Shown: positions 18,837-28,104 of the stretch, in pieces
Layout of the letters: every line of letters starts with the position of its first letter
How positions within the stretch are numbered: position 1 is the stretch's first letter
Source: a virus
Direction: 5' to 3' (one strand)
Virus record (IMG/VR): IMGVR_UViG_3300028800_000061
Span: 95,824 to 159,823 of that record
Length of the DNA stretch: 64,000 nucleotides
Notes under the pieces: model-generated
Database searches by the model: none
Told to the model about the DNA's origin: nothing
Seen by the model: the letters and a program-made list of their open reading frames with translations, nothing else
Program-made: the position numbers and the translations under genes

Positions 18837-21298
18837 CTGCCATCATCCCCGCCACCCTTGTTGAGCTTGGCCCGGTTCATCGCCCCGTCCCACGGCCCGG
18901 TGTCCGTGCCCACAACACCGACCCATGCGAGGGTGCTTGTTTTGCCTGCCCGTTTGAGAGCGAGAGTCCGGTGCCAGCCGTCAGCGATCTCGTACTTCGC
19001 CTGGCCGGGTACTTTCACCAGCACGACCGGCGCGAGTTGCGTCCCGGCCCGGATGGATGCGGCGATCGCTTCTACTTTCGCCGGGTTGCGTGCACCGCCC
19101 GGGCGGCGGGCCATCTCGATCCGGGACAGTGCCACGGATACCGGCCCATGCCACCGTGCATCTTTGACCCACTCCAGCACGGCGGCCGGGTAGTGCCGTG
19201 CCAGGTACGCGTACACCTCATGTGTCAGATCGGCGTGGCTGGTCTGCGCCGCGATCTCTGCTGTGCTCTTGGTGCTCAGCATCGACCGGGCTACATCGCA
19301 CACCTGATCGGCGGTCAAGCCCTTGCCCAGGTCCTCCTCGATGCTGGCGAGCAGTGCAGCGGGCAGATCTTGCGGCGCCCACCCGGTGACTGTGCCGCCT
19401 TTGCGCAGGTGATTGCGCAGCAGATCCAGTTCTCGCAGTTGCCCTTTCCTCGCGGAGGTTGGAGTGGCGTTCGCGGAGCCGACCGCACCGGAGCGCGCAC
19501 CGGAGTGCGCCGGGGTGCCCCGGCCGGACTGGCTGACCGCGCCGCCGATTGCCCGCGGTGCCGGCTGCTGGGCGACCGTGGCGGGCCCCGCTGGTGGCGC
19601 CTGCTGCGGGGCGGTCGACGGGCCGCTTGTTCCTGCGATCTGCGCTGGATCCAGCGGTGCAGGTGTGGGCCGGGAGCCGGTGACCTGCGGTGCGGTCGGC
19701 GCACCAGCGAACGGGACGAAACCCTCGCGGACAGTCGCCCATCCAGGGTCGGAGGTGACAGGAAGGTTCCACGGGTCGCGGCCCAGCTCGACACGGGCCT
19801 CATCGACGGAGCACAATCCTGCGCTAATCTGCTCCACAAGAAGGGTTGTCAGAGTGGCGGCGTCTTCATCTTCTTCCAATCCTTCCCATTGCCACTCAAG
19901 GTCTTCCTGCCCGCACACATCTTGCAAGATCCTGTCGAATACCGCGGCCTTCAGCCACATTAGCAAGGGGACGGTTCCCTTGCGCTCCTGAATGTCCTGC
20001 CCGGCTTTCGCCATCTGGTTCGCCGCACCGACACTCTGGGTCGCGGAGACACGCGGTGAGATGCCCAGTTCCATGGGCATGACGGAGAACGCCATGCACA
20101 CCTGGGTCATGATGATCTCATCGAACTGGTCGGCCAGGCTCGCGGGCTTCTGCGGGTCCACTTTCGACCCGCCTGGGAGAACAATGATTTTGTGCTTCCA
20201 TGCTTGATCACCGGCAAGGGCATTCAGCGCGTCTTGAAGCTCCCGGATCTGCTGCGGGGTCATGTTCGTGTCACCCGGCGAAACGAACAGGCCAGGAATG
20301 GATCCCTCTTGGAAAAAGTTCAGCTGATACTGCTGCCGGTTCAACCCAGCCATGACCGGGATAATCGCCCGCTCAATGGGCGCCTGACCGTACGGTGTCC
20401 ACGTGCGGGCGGTGTACGGCAGGTACATCAGCTGATCGCCCCGGTACTCCGCGATGAGCCCGTCATCTGCGGTTTCCTCAACCAGCAGCGTCATCAGGTC
20501 CACACGCGGGACACCGTATTCGTATTGCTGATAGGCTGGGTTGGGCGGTGCTGGCACTCCGCCAAGCACATCCACCAGTGGCCGGATAAGTGTCCCGTCG
20601 ATAAGATCTAGCGCGGCCACGTTTGATCCGAGCAGGCCCTTGTTCCGCACTTTCGACGGGTGCACGTACAGCGCCAGGGCGTCGGTAACGAACACTTCCT
20701 CAAGCAACGCGTCGAACCATGAGGAAAAATCGCCGTAGCGCGGATCGGGCTGGCGGAAGAACTTGACAGCCTGCGCCCTGCGCTCCGCGAAGTCGGCCAT
20801 GCCGCTGTGCGAGCCCCGCAACGATTTCGCGGCGTCCCTTGTCAGGGCAATGTTCCACCCGACGCCACGCAACTCCGATTTGCGCAATTCGATGCACGCA
20901 CGGGCGACACTGTACAGGTCCGCGAGAGTCCGCAGAGTCTGGAAGTCGGCGAGCTTTCCAAGGCCTTCCGTGCCGGGCATGCCCATAGGCATGTCCCAGC
21001 CGATCGGGTACTGGAAGCGCCTTATCGGCGGCCTTTCCTCACCCGGTTCCGGAGTGTCAATCGGGACTGGCTCTATGGGGGCGAGCGGCCCGAACATGCC
21101 GGACAGGAATGTTCGCCAGTCTCGTGGCAGCCCGCCGTGCTGGCCGGCTGACCGGCCGGAGGTCCACTCGTTGTAAGAGGCAACGAGCGGGGACGGGCCC
21201 GGGCTGATCGACGGCGGTGTGACCGTGGCGAATCCGCCTGACCGGCCAGCGGCTGTCGCTTTCAGGGTGCGGGTGATGGCGCGCAGGTCCGTGGGCAC
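18791..21298 (-). CDS. portal protein with C-terminal ParB-N-like domain
   Basis: LRTLADLYSVARACIELRK, PYGQAPIE, FFQEGSIPG, VCMAFSVMPMELG, SVDEARVELG; C-terminal APVVLV...YEIADGWHR. Confidence 0.9.
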   Translation of the reverse strand: MPTDLRAITRTLKATAAGRSGGFATVTPPSISPGPSPLVASYNEWTSGRSAGQHGGLPRDWRTFLSGMFGPLAPIEPVPIDTPEPGEERPPIRRFQYPIGWDMPMGMPGTEGLGKLADFQTLRTLADLYSVARACIELRKSELRGVGWNIALTRDAAKSLRGSHSGMADFAERRAQAVKFFRQPDPRYGDFSSWFDALLEEVFVTDALALYVHPSKVRNKGLLGSNVAALDLIDGTLIRPLVDVLGGVPAPPNPAYQQYEYGVPRVDLMTLLVEETADDGLIAEYRGDQLMYLPYTARTWTPYGQAPIERAIIPVMAGLNRQQYQLNFFQEGSIPGLFVSPGDTNMTPQQIRELQDALNALAGDQAWKHKIIVLPGGSKVDPQKPASLADQFDEIIMTQVCMAFSVMPMELGISPRVSATQSVGAANQMAKAGQDIQERKGTVPLLMWLKAAVFDRILQDVCGQEDLEWQWEGLEEDEDAATLTTLLVEQISAGLCSVDEARVELGRDPWNLPVTSDPGWATVREGFVPFAGAPTAPQVTGSRPTPAPLDPAQIAGTSGPSTAPQQAPPAGPATVAQQPAPRAIGGAVSQSGRGTPAHSGARSGAVGSANATPTSARKGQLRELDLLRNHLRKGGTVTGWAPQDLPAALLASIEEDLGKGLTADQVCDVARSMLSTKSTAEIAAQTSHADLTHEVYAYLARHYPAAVLEWVKDARWHGPVSVALSRIEMARRPGGARNPAKVEAIAASIRAGTQLAPVVLVKVPGQAKYEIADGWHRTLALKRAGKTSTLAWVGVVGTDTGPWDGAMNRAKLNKGGGDDGSPKALTGPGGSGTGS

Positions 21299-21401
21299 AG
21301 GTCACCCCCCGCCCCTGTGCGTGCGTTGTTGCTGGTTTCGCGGGCAGGGGAGCTGGCAGGGCCTGCCGGTCAGCGGCGGCGGGCCCTGCCAGGTCGTCAG
21401 G

Positions 21402-21830
21402 TCAGAGCGAGAGCATCCAGGAGATGCCGTACACCGTGTTGGCCTGCGAGTCGGACGGTGATGTGATCGACACCGAGAACCCGGTCGCGGAGACGACAGT
21501 CACCGCCGGGCTCTTAGCGGCGACAGCTGAGGTGGTCGACGCGATGACCACGATTGGCACTGCGGGCAGTGTGGTGCCGAACGTGACCGCGACCAGTACG
21601 CCGGTCGCTGACGATGTGCCCGTGCCAGCGGTCAGGCTGCCCCTGGTGATCGTTGAGCCTGCCGCCACGACTGGGGATGGCGGGGCTGAGCCCGCTCCCG
21701 CGCCCGCGGCCGCGGTGACAGTGGTTGAGTCCCATGGGGAGTAGCCCCACTCGGCGGCGGTCGTACTGGTCGCAACAAGGTACTGGCCTTGTGCGGGAAC
21801 TCCGTAGGGGACGGCTACTGCGGTGCCCAT
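21402..21830 (-). CDS. Thr/Ala/Ser-rich putative virion protein
   Basis: AAGGAG RBS; beta-rich composition. Confidence 0.55.
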   Translation of the reverse strand: MGTAVAVPYGVPAQGQYLVATSTTAAEWGYSPWDSTTVTAAAGAGAGSAPPSPVVAAGSTITRGSLTAGTGTSSATGVLVAVTFGTTLPAVPIVVIASTTSAVAAKSPAVTVVSATGFSVSITSPSDSQANTVYGISWMLSL

Positions 21831-21925
21831 ATGACTCCTTCTGCCCGCGCGCTCGCGGGCGGGATGGTTGACCTGATTTGGTGATCACAGTGGGCATGCA
21901 GGTGAGAGCGGTCGGCAGCCTGTGG

Positions 21926-22150
21926 CTACGCGGTAGCGAGGATGAGCCCGCCGAGGCACGTTTCGGCGTGGTGGCGGCGCTCGGCGAGCAGCTCGGTGAA
22001 CTGGCGTTTGCTGTTGGCTGTGCGCTGCCATCCGCACCACCGCTGCCCCTCGTGGCAGAGCAGGACGAACGGCAGCCGGATCGGCGGGCCGGCGACTTGC
22101 CCGTCCGTAAGCGATGCCGGGCTGATAGTGATATCGGAAGGTGCCGTCAT
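21926..22150 (-). CDS. hypothetical protein
   Basis: ATGA overlap with upstream gene. Confidence 0.5.
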   Translation of the reverse strand: MTAPSDITISPASLTDGQVAGPPIRLPFVLLCHEGQRWCGWQRTANSKRQFTELLAERRHHAETCLGGLILATA

Positions 22151-22422
22151 CGTGGCATCCCGCACCCGTCAGTGAACTTGATTGTCGTGCCGTACTCGGG
22201 ATGGCCGTGGACCGCATAGAAATCATCCCAGCAGGCCCACACCGAGTGGCTTTTGAACTGGGTGCACCACCGGAGGACCACAGTGCCGTCCGAGAAGATG
22301 GCACCCTCGTAGTCGGGTGAGTGCCCGCTGTTGGTGATGCCCGCGGCCTCGTATTCGGGGGGCGGCTCGGGCCGGTAACCGGCGAACGATCGCGGGTACG
22401 TGTATGTCCTGGTGTAGGTCAC
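22147..22422 (-). CDS. hypothetical phage protein
   Basis: EGAIFSDGTVVLRW...VHGH motif typical of a small actinophage family. Confidence 0.65.
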   Translation of the reverse strand: MTYTRTYTYPRSFAGYRPEPPPEYEAAGITNSGHSPDYEGAIFSDGTVVLRWCTQFKSHSVWACWDDFYAVHGHPEYGTTIKFTDGCGMPR

Positions 22423-22664
22423 GCTGTCTCTTCCGGTTCGGGTGGGAGGGCGTCGGGCCACATGAGGCCGTCTTGCGGCCACCGGCCGTCTGGCCAGAAC
22501 TCGACGGCTGCGAGGGTGCCGTTCTGGTGGAATTCGATCCGGCGGATTCTGGGGCAGGCCCGGGCGTGCGCGGCGCCGCAGTGATCGCACCTGCTGGCCC
22601 GGTACTGGGCCCACATGGCGCGGATCTCATCGGGTGCATATGACTGCCCGGTATCAGCCGCCAC
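22419..22664 (-). CDS. hypothetical protein (CxHC..H..C)
   Basis: GTGA overlap with downstream gene. Confidence 0.5.
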   Translation of the reverse strand: MAADTGQSYAPDEIRAMWAQYRASRCDHCGAAHARACPRIRRIEFHQNGTLAAVEFWPDGRWPQDGLMWPDALPPEPEETA

Positions 22665-22678
22665 AACTTCAAATGGTG

Positions 22679-22727
22679 TTGACAGTGTCCGCCAGTTTCG
22701 GTAGGTTTGTCCGTATGACTAGGACAA
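22679..22727 (+). promoter_or_regulatory. sigma70-like promoter plus operator copy 1
   Basis: TTGACA-17-TAGGTT overlapping TTGTCC-N9-GGACAA. Confidence 0.7.
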
Positions 22728-23182
22728 TGTTGGATATGAGGTCAGCGCTGGTCCCACTCACGCAACTCCGCGAGATCCAGGGCTGCGCCGGCTCTGGCGG
22801 CATGGTCCGCTCGGAGTGGCGTAACCAAAGCAGACTGCGGGCGGGGCAGCTTGTCCGCCGGGACGGCTGGTGGCAGGTCATCACCGGCATGAGCCTGGAC
22901 AAGCTGGGCGGCGGCCACCGTGTCCAGTTGCTCAGCGCGGACGGCGAGCGGACCAGCGTCCGCCTGCTGCGCTGCGACGGCCTTGAGGTCCGCACCGACA
23001 CCCGCATCGACCGGGCGACCCTGCAGCTCGCTGAGCGCGGCACGGATACCCGTGGCGTCTTCCACCGCTCCCGCAGCCGGGAGCGCGCCCGGGCAGTCCG
23101 CATTGAACGGCGGCAGAAGCCCTGGCGGAACGGTCACAGGGAGCGCGATCCGGGTCCGTGGCTGTGGGATATGTCAGCCTGA
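22715..23182 (+). CDS. hypothetical protein
   Basis: ORF directly downstream of promoter/operator; start uncertain. Confidence 0.5.
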   Translation: MTRTMLDMRSALVPLTQLREIQGCAGSGGMVRSEWRNQSRLRAGQLVRRDGWWQVITGMSLDKLGGGHRVQLLSADGERTSVRLLRCDGLEVRTDTRIDRATLQLAERGTDTRGVFHRSRSRERARAVRIERRQKPWRNGHRERDPGPWLWDMSA

Positions 23183-23230
23183 CATCCTGGGACTATTCCC
23201 CAGCCCCCGACCGCAGAGGAAACACGCTAA

Positions 23231-23548
23231 GTGACGTTCATCGAGTGCTCGTGGGATACGACTGTCAAGTCGACACTCCGCATCGATCTGAGCGATGCCC
23301 GGGATGTCATTGAGCAGTTGCCCGGCGGGGGATCCGGCAGCGTGGAGCGCAAAGCCATGCTGCTACGGGTGATCGACAGGATGCTCACCCCCGGCACATT
23401 CATCGCTCCCAGCGATGTCCGGTTCGTCGCCCGAGCTATTGCTGACGCAAAGGATGCGATGATCGCGCACTTGCGCGATCCCGGCCGCTACCGCAGTGAA
23501 GTAACTTTCGGCCCTCACGCCCTGGCCGCAGAACTGATCGAAGAGTAA
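23231..23548 (+). CDS. hypothetical protein
   Basis: GAGGA RBS, 105 aa. Confidence 0.6.
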   Translation: MTFIECSWDTTVKSTLRIDLSDARDVIEQLPGGGSGSVERKAMLLRVIDRMLTPGTFIAPSDVRFVARAIADAKDAMIAHLRDPGRYRSEVTFGPHALAAELIEE

Positions 23549-23766
23549 CGCTCGCCGGGGAGCATGGAAGGCGCCAGCCTGAGTGGCCTGGATTTACCAG
23601 GCAGGCGGCGCCTTCCATGTTGCGGGGTCACGTGGCCGGGGACCTGGCAGAGATGGTCAAGTAAGGGGGAACCAGCCCTGCCAGTGTGCGAGCCCCCGGT
23701 TAAAACCTTGGTAGGAGATGGTGCGCCGGCTCGCACTGCCCACCCATATGTGCCGTTAATACCCGT

Positions 23767-23886
23767 TCAGTGGTGATGTGTAAACACGGTGACCACCAGC
23801 AGGATGAACGTGATGGCCAGCCACAGCAACGCCAGCCACAGAAACCACGATCCCAGCCGGGACAAAATGCGGCCCAGATCTCTCAC
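23767..23886 (-). CDS. small membrane protein (39 aa)
   Basis: MRDLGRILSRLGSWFLWLALLWLAITFILLVVTVFTHHH; GTGA overlap. Confidence 0.5.
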   Translation of the reverse strand: MRDLGRILSRLGSWFLWLALLWLAITFILLVVTVFTHHH

Positions 23887-24140
23887 TGCTTCTCACCTGG
23901 CACAGGCGGCGGCACCCACCCCATCGCTTTCAGCGCTTTCTCAGTTGCCTTATCCACCACGACCCGGGATTGAACGCCGATGTCGAACGCGTCGAGCGGA
24001 AGCAGCGCCACCTTCAGTACCGGCACCTCATCCGCTGCGAGCGTCAACGACGCCTTCACCACGGTGCGCAACTCGAAACCGTCCACCCGGATCACCGGGT
24101 GCGCGGCCTGGCCGGAGATCTCCACCTTGTGCGCGGGCAT
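23883..24140 (-). CDS. hypothetical protein
   Basis: MPAHKVEISG...; operon packing. Confidence 0.55.
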   Translation of the reverse strand: MPAHKVEISGQAAHPVIRVDGFELRTVVKASLTLAADEVPVLKVALLPLDAFDIGVQSRVVVDKATEKALKAMGWVPPPVPGEKQ

Positions 24141-24154
24141 CTCGTGCTGGGATA

Positions 24155-24415
24155 TCACGCTGGCGCAACCCACGGCTTGTCGACCGGGATGTGCGGGCGC
24201 AGCCCGCACCACTGCCCGTACGGCGCGCTGATCTCCTGCGGATCCAGCCGGGCCAGGGACCAGCCCGCCTGAAAGTACGCCGAGGTGTCCTTGGTGAATT
24301 GCTCAAGATGCTCCGCGCTCTCCGGCTCGAACGCCGGGATCACCTTGACCACGGATCTCGTGATCGGATTGACGATCCGTGTCACGGGGGTACCGGGGAT
24401 GAAATCGAGAAGCAC
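24155..24415 (-). CDS. hypothetical protein
   Basis: AAAGGA RBS before GTG. Confidence 0.5.
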   Translation of the reverse strand: MLLDFIPGTPVTRIVNPITRSVVKVIPAFEPESAEHLEQFTKDTSAYFQAGWSLARLDPQEISAPYGQWCGLRPHIPVDKPWVAPA

Positions 24416-24450
24416 GCGCCAGTCCTTTCGTGGTGTAGGAAACCGGAGGG

Positions 24451-24771
24451 TCACGTGATGGTGAGGGTGCCGCCCTGCAGCACCGGTGTTTCCGGGGATG
24501 CCGAAATCTGGACCCAGATGTCGTACGTCCCTGTTGCGAGCGTCACAGTTCCGGCCGGACCGACAAGGCACTGCGCCAGGTAAATCCCAGGAGCTGTCGA
24601 TGTGTCCCACACAGCGGTTTTCCAGTCGCCGCTGCCGGGCGGGGCCCACGCCGCCATGAACGCCATCTTCACCGTGTCTGATGTCGGGTCGATTGCCGCA
24701 CCGGATTCGATTGCCTCAATCGGGACCTGGACGTACACAGTGGAGAGCACGGAGATAGTCACATTGGCCAC
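24451..24771 (-). CDS. Ig-like/BppU-N-like virion accessory protein
   Basis: STVYVQVP...DPTSDTVKMAF...DWKTAVW...CLVGP...GTYDIWVQI..SPETPV pattern. Confidence 0.6.
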   Translation of the reverse strand: MANVTISVLSTVYVQVPIEAIESGAAIDPTSDTVKMAFMAAWAPPGSGDWKTAVWDTSTAPGIYLAQCLVGPAGTVTLATGTYDIWVQISASPETPVLQGGTLTIT

Positions 24772-25119
24772 GCCGCGCCCCCCTGCTGGTGCCTGGTTTA
24801 AGCGGGACGAGCGCAGGACGCGGTAGCTGATGTGCGGGACCACCGAAAGGACGCAGTCCCTCCCGTGACCTTGGCTCCCTGCTGGCCCATGCCCATGGCG
24901 CAGCTGGGTGGCTTTAACGCCCGTCCCGGGTTGTGGTGGGGGGTCTTGGCGGGGGGTCGTGTGGGCGTCGCCCGGCACCAGATTTTGACGGCATAAGCCT
25001 GATGTGGTCGGCCCGAAGTGCAAAATTCAGGAAAGTTGCTCTAAGTAGCGAAATGGTTTGGCCGGTTACGGACAGTGGCCGGACACTGTGTGTAGTGGCC
25101 GGCCACTGTCCGTGATTGG

Positions 25120-25734
25120 CTACTTGCCGTTGCGACGGTTGCGGCGTGCCGTTGCCGGCGTGGTGGCCGGAACGGTGGCCGGAACGGTCTCCGTGTCCGT
25201 GGCCGGAACGGTCTCCGTGTCCGTGGCAACGGTGGCCGGAACGGTCTCCGTGTCTCCGGCCGGAACGGTCTCCGTGTCGTTACCCTCGGACGGCCCTGTA
25301 GTGGACTCTGCGCTGTCCGGAACGGTCTCCGTGTCTCCGGCCGGAACGGTGGCCGGAACGGTCTCCGTGGCCACTACAGTCACGGGCAGGGACTCTGCCA
25401 TGCGGAGCGACTGATTGGCCGGCCGTCCGGCTGCGGCATTGGCGTGCTGGCGTTTGTCGCATGCGTTCTGCACACGGCAGTTTGGGCGGGTCTGAATGGC
25501 CTGGAACGGGAAGCCGCAATTGACACAGTGCGCGTATCCGGGCCGCAACGGCTGTCCGTTGCTGCCGGTCCGCAGGATGGCGCTTCCGGTGAGCGCGTCC
25601 AATCCGGCCTGATTGGCGACGGGGTAGGTGAGTCCGGCTGCGGACAGTATGGCCATGGCGGCCGCTACCGCATCGGGGGTGGCATTGGCCTGTACAGCGC
25701 TGTCTGTGGCCGGGGGGCTAATGGTGTCGGTCAT
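25120..25734 (-). CDS. C4 zinc-finger protein with TETVPA tandem repeats (paralog of 46440-47012)
   Basis: GYAHCVNCGFPF..Q.RPNC....ACDKR; upstream TTGACA/TAGGTT promoter and GGAG RBS. Confidence 0.65.
   Translation of the reverse strand: MTDTISPPATDSAVQANATPDAVAAAMAILSAAGLTYPVANQAGLDALTGSAILRTGSNGQPLRPGYAHCVNCGFPFQAIQTRPNCRVQNACDKRQHANAAAGRPANQSLRMAESLPVTVVATETVPATVPAGDTETVPDSAESTTGPSEGNDTETVPAGDTETVPATVATDTETVPATDTETVPATVPATTPATARRNRRNGK
25160..25372. repeat. coding tandem repeats (GGCCGGAACGGTCTCCGTGTC units)
   Basis: About 6 TETVP-encoding units plus shorter TVPA units. Confidence 0.8.
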
Positions 25735-25775
25735 TGTCCTGGTCTCCGATCGGTTGGGATTTGCTTACATTCACC

Positions 25776-25810
25776 AACCTAGTGGAGTGCGGACGCCTGT
25801 CAACACGTTT
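25776..25810 (-). promoter_or_regulatory. sigma70-like promoter (no operator)
   Basis: AAACGTGTTGACA-16-TAGGTT on minus strand. Confidence 0.6.
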
Positions 25811-26059
25811 CGACCATACCGTTATGGACCTGTTATAAATGGTTGACGGTTAGCGGATCGCCGTTCGCCTGTCAACATGTTACGGAGCCTGTTACCGTAC
25901 CGTTATGCGGTTACCGTGTGTGACATACTGTTGTCAATACCGGCCCAGCCATTGTTACCGCATCGTTACTGCTATACCTGCTATGCGGAGCACTAGCAGC
26001 AGTGTGAGCCGCCCCGCCGTGGGCTCGCGGCTCGGACGAACCTCCTGCCCGAGCCCGCC

Positions 26060-26630
26060 CGCACATCCGATCATGATTAGAATTTTTTTTTCTGTTCCGA
26101 ACCCGCTCGGTCTCGGCTCGGCGGCTCACCCGGGCGAGATCGGAGCGCGATCCAGCTCCGCGACCCGAGCGGGCTCTCGAGGCGGCCCGCCGCCCTGGAG
26201 CGATCCTCCGAGCAGGCCGCGATACCGGGATCGGCCCTCCGAGCGTGATCGCCCGATCGGGAACGATCCTCAGGGCAGGCTCCCCGACCGAGACCAGCTC
26301 TCCCAGGCGGGCTCGCCGATCCCGGTCCGATCACCGAGCGGGATCGCGCTCCGATCGCGGACCTATCTCACGGCCGCCCGCGAGCGCGCACCCATTCATG
26401 ATTAGAATTTCTTTTTCTGTTCTAACTCGGATCTGAGATCGCGCTCGGATCGCGGCCGAGTGCGACTGGGGTGCTCCACTCGGCGGGCTCTGCGCGGTTC
26501 GCCGCAGTGTGCGATCGTGTCCAGATCGCGGGCCCGGGCAGATCGCGCTCAGATCGTGCTCAGGTGTGGCGGGTGAGCTGCGGCCGCGAGCGGGATCGTG
26601 TCCCGATCGGGGATCGTGCTCCGATCGGGG
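26060..26630. repeat. GATC-dense non-coding tract with GATC-N7-GATC pairs and two TCATGATTAGAA/T-tract motifs
   Basis: About 23 GATC in about 570 bp (hand count); overlapping ORFs look non-coding. Confidence 0.75.
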
Positions 26631-26713
26631 TTGCGGTGTGTGAGCGCGACCGCACAGGTGGTTCGTGCGGTCGCGCTCACATCCCCAGGGCTCGCATACC
26701 CAGGGAGCATGGT

Positions 26714-26902
26714 CTACCCCCAGGCGTTCCACTCCCGGGGGTAGATGGTGGAGGTGAACCCGCACCCGGGGGTACGGCAGGTGCACGGGGCGAACACGAT
26801 GATCGGGTCGCGGCCGATGATGGTTGCCACGTGGGTATCGGGGTTGTGCTCGGCGGTGGGCCGGGTGCCGCCGGCCAGCGGGGTCACCTGCCCGCTTGCC
26901 AT
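26714..26902 (-). CDS. small hypothetical protein
   Basis: MASGQVTPLAGG...CTCRTPGCGF; second gene of a small operon. Confidence 0.4.
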   Translation of the reverse strand: MASGQVTPLAGGTRPTAEHNPDTHVATIIGRDPIIVFAPCTCRTPGCGFTSTIYPREWNAWG

Positions 26903-27072
26903 GACAGGCTCACCTGGTGGCCCTGGATGTACAGGTCGACGTAGGCGGTGTCGGTGCCCACCGCGATGTCGCGCCATCCGTGAGCGTGGATCAGCTGGGT
27001 GCCCAGGAGCATAAGGGCGCCCAGGGCGAGCAGGCTTAGGGCGGCGGCGAGGGTAGCGCGGGTCTTTGGCAT
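26884..27072 (-). CDS. small secreted/membrane protein
   Basis: AGGAGG RBS; signal-like N-terminus MPKTRATLAAALSLLALGALMLLG. Confidence 0.6.
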   Translation of the reverse strand: MPKTRATLAAALSLLALGALMLLGTQLIHAHGWRDIAVGTDTAYVDLYIQGHQVSLSWQAGR

Positions 27073-27096
27073 GGGGTGCCTCCTGTAGCTGGTAGT

Positions 27097-27150
27097 TTGT
27101 CCTGGCGTGCAAGACAAACATACCAGCTACGCGCGCGTGTCAACACGTTT
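27097..27150 (-). promoter_or_regulatory. promoter plus operator copy 2
   Basis: AAACGTGTTGACA...TATGTT; TTGTCC-N9-AGACAA at 27097-27117. Confidence 0.65.
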
Positions 27151-27361
27151 TGCGGGTGTTTTCTGCGAACGTTTCCGCAGCTCAGGCGGCGTCGCCGACT
27201 GTGGTCACCAGCCGAGCGGCATGCTCACCGCGAGAGCAAACGCCACGTAGGCAAGTCCGGCCAGAACAAGAATTACGCGCATTGCGAGTTCCAATCTGTT
27301 CGTGAGCCCGTGCGGGCTAGGGGGTTCGTGTCAGCACGTTCCGCGGGGTGTTTTCTGCAGG

Positions 27362-27688
27362 TCAAACCCCCGCAATCGCCTTCTCTGCGAAATCGCGGAT
27401 CGCCGCCGGCAAATCCAGGTCGTACGAGCCGCCACCACCGGTCCACCCGGCCTCGCCGTACCCCACCACATGGGTGCTGTACGTCACCTGCCCGCCGCGG
27501 TCGTGCTCGACCACGATCGCGTGCCGGCGCGGGTGCAAACTCGCATCGGGACGGAGCGCGAACGCGGCGATCACCGCACCACCCTCAAACCGCTGCGGCG
27601 GATCCAGCTGGGGGCCCATGGCGTCGTAGGCGGCGCGCAGCCGCCCGCCGATGACCACCAGGCCGTCCGAGCTCGACTGCCCGCTCAT
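27362..27688 (-). CDS. hypothetical protein
   Basis: ATGA overlap; GWTGGGGSY..L..A..DF pattern. Confidence 0.55.
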   Translation of the reverse strand: MSGQSSSDGLVVIGGRLRAAYDAMGPQLDPPQRFEGGAVIAAFALRPDASLHPRRHAIVVEHDRGGQVTYSTHVVGYGEAGWTGGGGSYDLDLPAAIRDFAEKAIAGV

Positions 27689-27993
27689 GCGAGATCGGGG
27701 CACTGCCGGCAGGGATAGTGACCCTGGTGAACTGTTATGTCCGGGTGACGGTGAGTGGGACGGACGTTCTGCACGCTGTCGGCCACGATGAAATCGCCTG
27801 ACGTCATGTCGTCGTAGACCTTGGCGGCCAGGTAGGCGCTGAGCCTGTAGACCTCGCTTATGGCGGTGAGCAGCAAACGCTGCGATGCCTTGTAAACGGG
27901 CTGGTTGCTCTGCGCGAGGCGGTGATCCTCCGCGCAGGACAAAGCGTAGTGCGTGTCCGCGACTTGCTGGCAGAGCTTCTGCTGGGGAGTCAT
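27685..27993 (-). CDS. hypothetical protein
   Basis: GGAGG RBS downstream of operator copy 3. Confidence 0.6.
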   Translation of the reverse strand: MTPQQKLCQQVADTHYALSCAEDHRLAQSNQPVYKASQRLLLTAISEVYRLSAYLAAKVYDDMTSGDFIVADSVQNVRPTHRHPDITVHQGHYPCRQCPDLA

Positions 27994-28018
27994 GCCTGTT
28001 GCCTCCGTGCCGTTTGGC

Positions 28019-28039
28019 TTGTCCTACCTACAAGGACAA
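28019..28039. promoter_or_regulatory. operator copy 3
   Basis: TTGTCC-tacctacaa-GGACAA. Confidence 0.7.
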
Positions 28040-28104
28040 TCCAACCAGCCGCAGCAGTGCAACGGCAACCAACTCAACAGAATTGTTAGCGAACGTTTTT
28101 GCCG

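Noticed and set aside
107-22600. Numerous plus-strand ORFs over the virion module
   Set aside because: Antisense shadows of high-GC genes; only 17190-18383 has recognisable domain features.
24821-24850. Hammerhead ribozyme (CTGATG...CGAAA)
   Set aside because: The core reads CUGAUGU, not CUGANGA, and the stems do not close.
25160-25372. CRISPR array
   Set aside because: Repeats are codon-phased, lack unique spacers and encode TETVPA; no cas genes.
25905-26700. ORFs across the GATC tract
   Set aside because: Translations in all frames are low-complexity Arg/Ser/Pro/Asp with no RBS; treated as non-coding.
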